Source: Pseudomonadota bacterium (GTDB taxonomy: Bacteria > Pseudomonadota > Alphaproteobacteria > Rhizobiales > Rhizobiaceae). From it: 32,519 nt of DNA. Position numbers and translations under genes: made by a program. The notes beneath the pieces are model-generated. The model was given only the letters and a program-made list of their open reading frames with translations, made no database searches and was not told the DNA's origin. This document shows, piece by piece, positions 28,131 through 32,519 of this stretch (position 1 is the first letter of the stretch; the number at the start of each line of letters is the position of its first letter). Location of the stretch: positions 1-32,519 of the forward strand of contig JBCDFK010000001.1 in the NCBI GenBank assembly GCA_039178065.1, read 5' to 3'.

Positions 28131-28157
28131 GAATTTTTTCGCTTGCTGATGCGTAGT
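28131..28157 (+). promoter_or_regulatory. autoregulatory ECF promoter of the sigma/anti-sigma operon
   Basis: GAATTTTTTCGCTTGCTGATGCGTAGT. Confidence 0.75.
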
Positions 28158-28303
28158 ACCTATGAAACCTATCACAGGCAAGATTGATGTTAACCGCCAC
28201 TAACCTTTATCTCGATGATAACTCGAGTTGTTTTCAAAGTCAGTTCAATGCAATAACGACTGCTGAGGCGGATTCAAATTTTGCACGTGAACACGAGGAT
28301 GGT

Positions 28304-28807
28304 TTGTCGACGGATCTGAAACGACAACTGATAGCGGCATTGCCGCAACTTAGGCGATTTGCTCGAACCCTGACGCGATCTGTATCAGATGCAGACGACT
28401 TGGTTCAGGAGGCGTGTCTTACAGCGCTGAGTAAATCTCACATGTGGGATCCAACAAAGCCGCTTGATCGTTGGATGTATCGAATAGTACGCAATCTTTG
28501 GATTAGTGAAATGCGCAAGCAGAAGGTCAGGCAAGGTCACGGTCAAGTCCTCGCCGATGAGACCACCGAGCTTGTGACGCATGAAAGTGGCGAAACCAGT
28601 GTGATACACACTCAACTGCGCGCCACCATCGATGCCCTGCCAAGTGAGTTATCGACAATTCTCTTATTGGTTTCAGTGGAAGGATATTCCTATGCCGAAG
28701 CCGCCGATCTGCTGGAAATACCTGTTGGGACCGTGATGAGCCGAATGCACCGCGCGCGAAGAGTTCTTGCCAAGCAGCTAGAAGAGACGAAAGGAGACGC
28801 ACAATGA
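28304..28807 (+). CDS. ECF RNA polymerase sigma factor (ECF26-like)
   Basis: LPQLRRFARTLT...DADDLVQE, GYSYAEAADLLEIPVGTVMSRMHRAR; TTG 28304 with GAGGA RBS (frame open from 28184). Confidence 0.9.
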   Translation: MSTDLKRQLIAALPQLRRFARTLTRSVSDADDLVQEACLTALSKSHMWDPTKPLDRWMYRIVRNLWISEMRKQKVRQGHGQVLADETTELVTHESGETSVIHTQLRATIDALPSELSTILLLVSVEGYSYAEAADLLEIPVGTVMSRMHRARRVLAKQLEETKGDAQ

Positions 28808-29580
28808 GCGACATGCAAGCCAAACTAAGCGCGTTCCTTGATGGCGAGTTATCTGAAGCTGAAACACTTGAAATGGAAGCAGCTTTGAATAGTGACCGGG
28901 CGCTGCGAGCAGAATTGGAGGTTCTTGCGGCGGCCGATGCTTTCGCTGTGGATGCATTTGAAAAAATTGCAAACGAGCCGGTGCCAATTGCACTCGCTGC
29001 AACCATTCAGAATGCCCCCGAACCTGAAATTGCTAGTCCGTCAAACTCTTTAGTAAAGCCCGCTCGATGGATGATGGCTGCCGCTGCTGTTGTGGCGCTT
29101 TCTATTGGTGGCGTCTCTGGGTATGTGACCGGCACTGCTCAAAATCAAACCATTGTGGTCACTGGTGGTTGGCTAAGCGATATCGCAGATTACCATGCAA
29201 TATACGCGTCCCAGGCTCGCCATTTGGTTGAGGTTCCAGCATCGGAAAGCGATCATATAAAAAGTTGGCTGACAAAGTCGATTGGCGATGACGTGCCAAT
29301 TCCTGACCTGTCTTCTTTTGGTTTGGAGTTTCAAGGCGCACGACTTTTGGTTGCCGCTGGGAAACCGGTTTCCCAACTTATGTACAAGGATGGAACCGGA
29401 CAGATCGTTGCTATTTGTCAGATTCAGTCTTCAACACCCAAGCAGGATTTCTCTGAGCAGACAATCAACGCATTCGATATGATTTCATGGGGCGGCAAAA
29501 ATTCAAACTTTGTTGTTGTGGCAGACGAGGGTCGGGCTGATCTTTCTGAAATTGCTCAAACCGCTTTTAGTCAGATCTAG
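28804..29580 (+). CDS. transmembrane anti-sigma factor
   Basis: LSAFLDGEL N-terminus, single TM helix, periplasmic YHAIY...HLVEV...PDLS...GARLL...QLMY; ATGA coupling to the sigma gene. Confidence 0.9.
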   Translation: MSDMQAKLSAFLDGELSEAETLEMEAALNSDRALRAELEVLAAADAFAVDAFEKIANEPVPIALAATIQNAPEPEIASPSNSLVKPARWMMAAAAVVALSIGGVSGYVTGTAQNQTIVVTGGWLSDIADYHAIYASQARHLVEVPASESDHIKSWLTKSIGDDVPIPDLSSFGLEFQGARLLVAAGKPVSQLMYKDGTGQIVAICQIQSSTPKQDFSEQTINAFDMISWGGKNSNFVVVADEGRADLSEIAQTAFSQI

Positions 29581-29705
29581 GCAGAGCTGTGTTTGAATTC
29601 CAATAATTTCAGACAGTTAGCGCCTTCAAGGCCACTTGCTAACGCGTTTCAGGGCGACGCCGAACCTGAACCGACAAAATAAAACAAAAAACTTTGAAAG
29701 ACCGA

Positions 29706-29732
29706 GAATAATTGCGTGCGGTGATGCGTAGT
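29706..29732 (+). promoter_or_regulatory. ECF sigma promoter of the cupredoxin gene
   Basis: GAATAATTGCGTGCGGTGATGCGTAGT. Confidence 0.8.
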
Positions 29733-29789
29733 AGCAGTGAACCACAAATTTGGTTCCACAGAGATTGCTATTAAAACAGGACAAAAATC

Positions 29790-30137
29790 ATGACAACGAT
29801 GACTCGACGTATTTTCGGTAAAACCATTGCAGCTGCGTTTGGTGCCGCTCTGATCGCAACAAGCGCATTTGCCGCTGGTCATAGCCAAAACCATACAGTC
29901 AAAATCAAAAGCTTTGCCTTTGATGCAGCTGAACTTACAATCAAAGCGGGCGACACAGTGACCTTCATCAACGAAGATGGTGCACCTCACACAGCAACAG
30001 CCAAAAATGGTGAATTCGAAACCGGCCGCTTAGGCAAAGGTGAAGAGGCATCTGTGAAGTTTGAAAAAGCTGGTACCTTCGATTACTTTTGCAAGTTCCA
30101 TCGCAAAATGACGGCAAAGATCACGGTGATCGAATAG
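29790..30137 (+). CDS. cupredoxin (plastocyanin/amicyanin-like type-1 copper protein)
   Basis: twin-arginine-like signal TRRIFG...AFA; copper ligands PHTAT and YFCKFHRKM; AGGA RBS. Confidence 0.9.
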   Translation: MTTMTRRIFGKTIAAAFGAALIATSAFAAGHSQNHTVKIKSFAFDAAELTIKAGDTVTFINEDGAPHTATAKNGEFETGRLGKGEEASVKFEKAGTFDYFCKFHRKMTAKITVIE

Positions 30138-30229
30138 CGGCTAGCAGTGAGAATCGACAATATTCACGGGCCAATCATGTGTCCTTGAATGACTTTTCAC
30201 TTAGCGTGCAGCCTACGGTTGCCGCTTGA

Positions 30230-30267
30230 GGCGGTGGCTCATATCTGGTCCGATCATAGCCACCGCC
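30230..30267. repeat. 10-bp perfect inverted repeat / hairpin
   Basis: GGCGGTGGCT-N18-AGCCACCGCC. Confidence 0.7.
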
Positions 30268-30488
30268 AACCAGCTCGTATTTCTATAGAAGCGACAGAGG
30301 CGAGCTTGTCTCCAAGTTCGCTGCTTGATGGGAAATATTGGCGAATAGCGCACCATATATAAAGTCAGATGCTCTATTGCGTAGCGTGTTTCACACTAAT
30401 TTCTTGTGGATTCGAAACAGGGAATTTTCAAACTTAAACAGTGAAGCATGCACCTTGATCAAAGAATTTTCCGGCTTCTACGATAGAC

Positions 30489-30754
30489 AGTCCGTCATCA
30501 GATGATTATGGGCAGATGGCAGCTTAGATCACTGGAAGGTTTGGCTCATCTGTTAGTTGGTATTATGCGGCCTGCTTACGGTATTGCAATCGCCGTTCGT
30601 TGATAGTGTTTCGTTTGATCCTTTCGCGTTCGAGTAAGATAGTTTGGCCACGTCCGAAGTAGACGTCTGCCGGTGTCAGGTTCTGCAGACTCTCGTGATA
30701 GCGACGATGATTGTAGTGATCGATGAAGCTGTCGATTTGAGCTTTTAGATCGCC
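30489..30754 (-). mobile_element. IS3-family insertion sequence remnant (transposase C-terminus and right end)
   Basis: minus strand 30754-30563 reads GDLKAQIDSFIDHYNHRRYHESLQNLTPADVYFGRGQTILLERERIKRNTINERRLQYRKQAA*; end-like sequence AGTCCGTCATCAGA at 30489. Confidence 0.8.
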
Positions 30755-30844
30755 TCCCTCTCAGCATTTGCTTGCCGGGCAGTTGCCAAGAGGATAACCG
30801 GTGCTCACTGGTCTGGACCCCGCTTCTTCGGGTTGAGAAGCTAA
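30755..30844 (+). pseudogene. C-terminal remnant of a DUF2924-family gene
   Basis: SLSA...VAKRITGAHWSGPRFFGLRS*, the usual DUF2924 C-terminus, immediately before the recombinase. Confidence 0.75.
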
Positions 30845-30846
30845 TT

Positions 30847-32519
30847 ATGCCAGAGGTCAACGGCAGTACGACGGGCGAACCGACTAAAAGGCGAAAGATC
30901 AGGTGCGCAATTTATACGCGCAAATCCTCTGAAGAGGGGTTGGATCAAGACTTCAACTCTCTTGATGCACAGCGAGAGGCTTGTGCTGCATATATCGCCA
31001 GCCAAAAGCATGAAGGCTGGGTTTTGTTGCCCGGTCACTACGATGATGGAGGTATCTCAGGTGGTACGCTTGAGCGACCAGGGCTACAGCAATTAATGAC
31101 TGATATTGATGATGGCTTGGTAGATCAGATCATTGTCTACAAGATTGATCGCCTGACTCGGTCACTTCCTGACTTTGCAAAACTGGTCGACCGGCTCGAT
31201 GCAGCGGAGGCTTCATTTGTATCTGTGACCCAATCCTTCAACACAGCGACTAGCATGGGGCGTTTGATGCTAAACATGCTCCTGTCTTTTGCCCAGTTTG
31301 AGCGAAAAGTCACTTCTGAGCGCATCAGAGACAAGATAGCGGCATCAAAGAAGCGCGGACTATGGATGGGCGGGATTGTGCCGCTTGGCTATGAGGCCGA
31401 CGGTCGATCATTGATGATCAATGAAGCGGAAGCACAAATAGTCAGGAAATTGTTCGAGCTTTATAATACTCACAAAAACATTCGATTGGCGAAGGAGGAA
31501 GCTGATCGCTTACAGCTTCGCCCAAAACCAAGAGCGCTGCGATCTAATGATGCAGCCGAACCTTTCAAACCAAATTTTAGTCGAGGGCACATTCAATTCA
31601 TATTGAGCAACCCAATTTATGCAGGGCGCATTCGGCACAAGCAAAAAGTCCATCAAGGGTTGCATGCAGCAATTATTGATCCGCAAATATGGGATGAGGT
31701 TCAAGAATTGCTAGTGAAAGGCGCAACCCGAAGCCGAGGCACTCTGAACCGTTCATCACACAAATCACTTCTTGCTGGAAAACTGTTTGATGAAACTGGC
31801 GATCGACTAACACCAAGCCATGCAAACAAAAAAGGACAACGGTATCACTACTATGTCTCTCATCGATTGATAACAAACACTGCCAATTCGGATAAACAGC
31901 ATTCTGAGCGAGCAAATGGTTGGCGTCTTCCAGCACATGAGCTGGAAAGGACAATTTGTCGACCAATTCTCAATCACCTGAAAGCAGAAACAACCAACGG
32001 TCTGTTCAAAGACGCTGATGTTGATCTAATTCAACATGCGCAATCACGAATCGCAAAATTGGAAAACACCAAATCCCATATTGCAAGTTCGACTTTGTCA
32101 GAATGCATTGAAACCGCGGTGATCAAATCCGATGCGATTGAATTGACTTTGGATGCTCTAGGAACCGCAAAGCTTTTTGAAATTGCTGAAAGCAGTTATA
32201 GCCGAAGAAAATCTGAACTTCTCAATTGCCTTCAAGATGAAGAAGCGCGGGGTCGAGACGAAACTAATCATCGAAAATGGGCAACGTTCCGAGATCGATC
32301 AAACCCTTCTCAGGAATGTAGCAAACGCAAACTACTATTACCAGAAAATCAAAACCGGCACATCTATCGAACAGATCGCCATTCAAGAAAGCGTCACAAC
32401 CGCGCGGATTCTCAAGCGATTGGAAATGGCTTTTCTTGCACCCGATATTGTGAAAAGAATCACCGAAGGCACTCATCCGACGGGTCTCACAACAAAGTGG
32501 TTTCAAAACCGGTCTCTAC
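30847..32519 (+). pseudogene. large serine recombinase (resolvase and recombinase domains), frameshifted near 32162-32200, runs off the window
   Basis: CAIYTRKSSEEGLDQDFNSLDAQRE, YDDGGISGG, VYKIDRLTRS, GLWMGGIVPLGY, NPIYAG; the family-like C-terminus (KRGVETKLI...AFLAPDIV...G.HP) is in the +1 frame. Confidence 0.8.

Noticed and set aside
30359-30385. TGCGTAG as a fourth ECF promoter
   Set aside because: No GAAT at the required spacing and the -10 match is partial.
30408-30428. GGATTCGAA-ACAGGGAATTTT as a tRNA-derived att site or island-end motif
   Set aside because: Only 9 nt resemble a T-arm, no cloverleaf can be built, and there is no second copy in the window; it cannot be supported without flanking sequence.
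30576-30860. 94-aa minus-strand ORF
   Set aside because: Mostly out of frame with the IS3 transposase remnant and crosses the rearrangement junction.
1-32519. CRISPR array, rRNA, tRNA or defence system
   Set aside because: No regularly spaced repeats, RNA gene signatures or defence-gene motifs were seen by eye.

Overview
Chromosomal window from an alphaproteobacterium, probably Rhizobiales-like (inferred from gene families and motifs). 1-12.1 kb is a microaerobic respiration locus: an FnrN/FnrL regulator, hemN, a hemerythrin-domain gene, ccoNOQP, ccoGHIS and a universal stress protein, with three perfect FNR boxes. 12.4-18.2 kb is a BMP-type nucleoside ABC transporter plus a CodA-like deaminase behind a RutR-like box. 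18.3-23.7 kb is a TetR-controlled MFP/RND efflux operon with three tandem operators and a trailing small HTH ORF. 23.7-27.2 kb holds an AraC pseudogene and a LysR-controlled CmcJ/NvfI-GFA-ABM-GNAT operon. 27.4-30.1 kb is an ECF sigma/anti-sigma module; the exported TPR protein, the sigma operon and a Tat-type cupredoxin each carry the same GAAT-N13-GATGCGTAGT promoter. From 30.5 kb to the end is a decayed mobile-island edge: an IS3 remnant, a DUF2924 remnant and a frameshifted large serine recombinase. The best candidate for an undescribed system is the self-contained ECF/TPR/cupredoxin regulon, with a heavily self-complementary stretch just upstream. No rRNA, tRNA or CRISPR array was seen. 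All family assignments come from motif recognition by eye, not from database searches.
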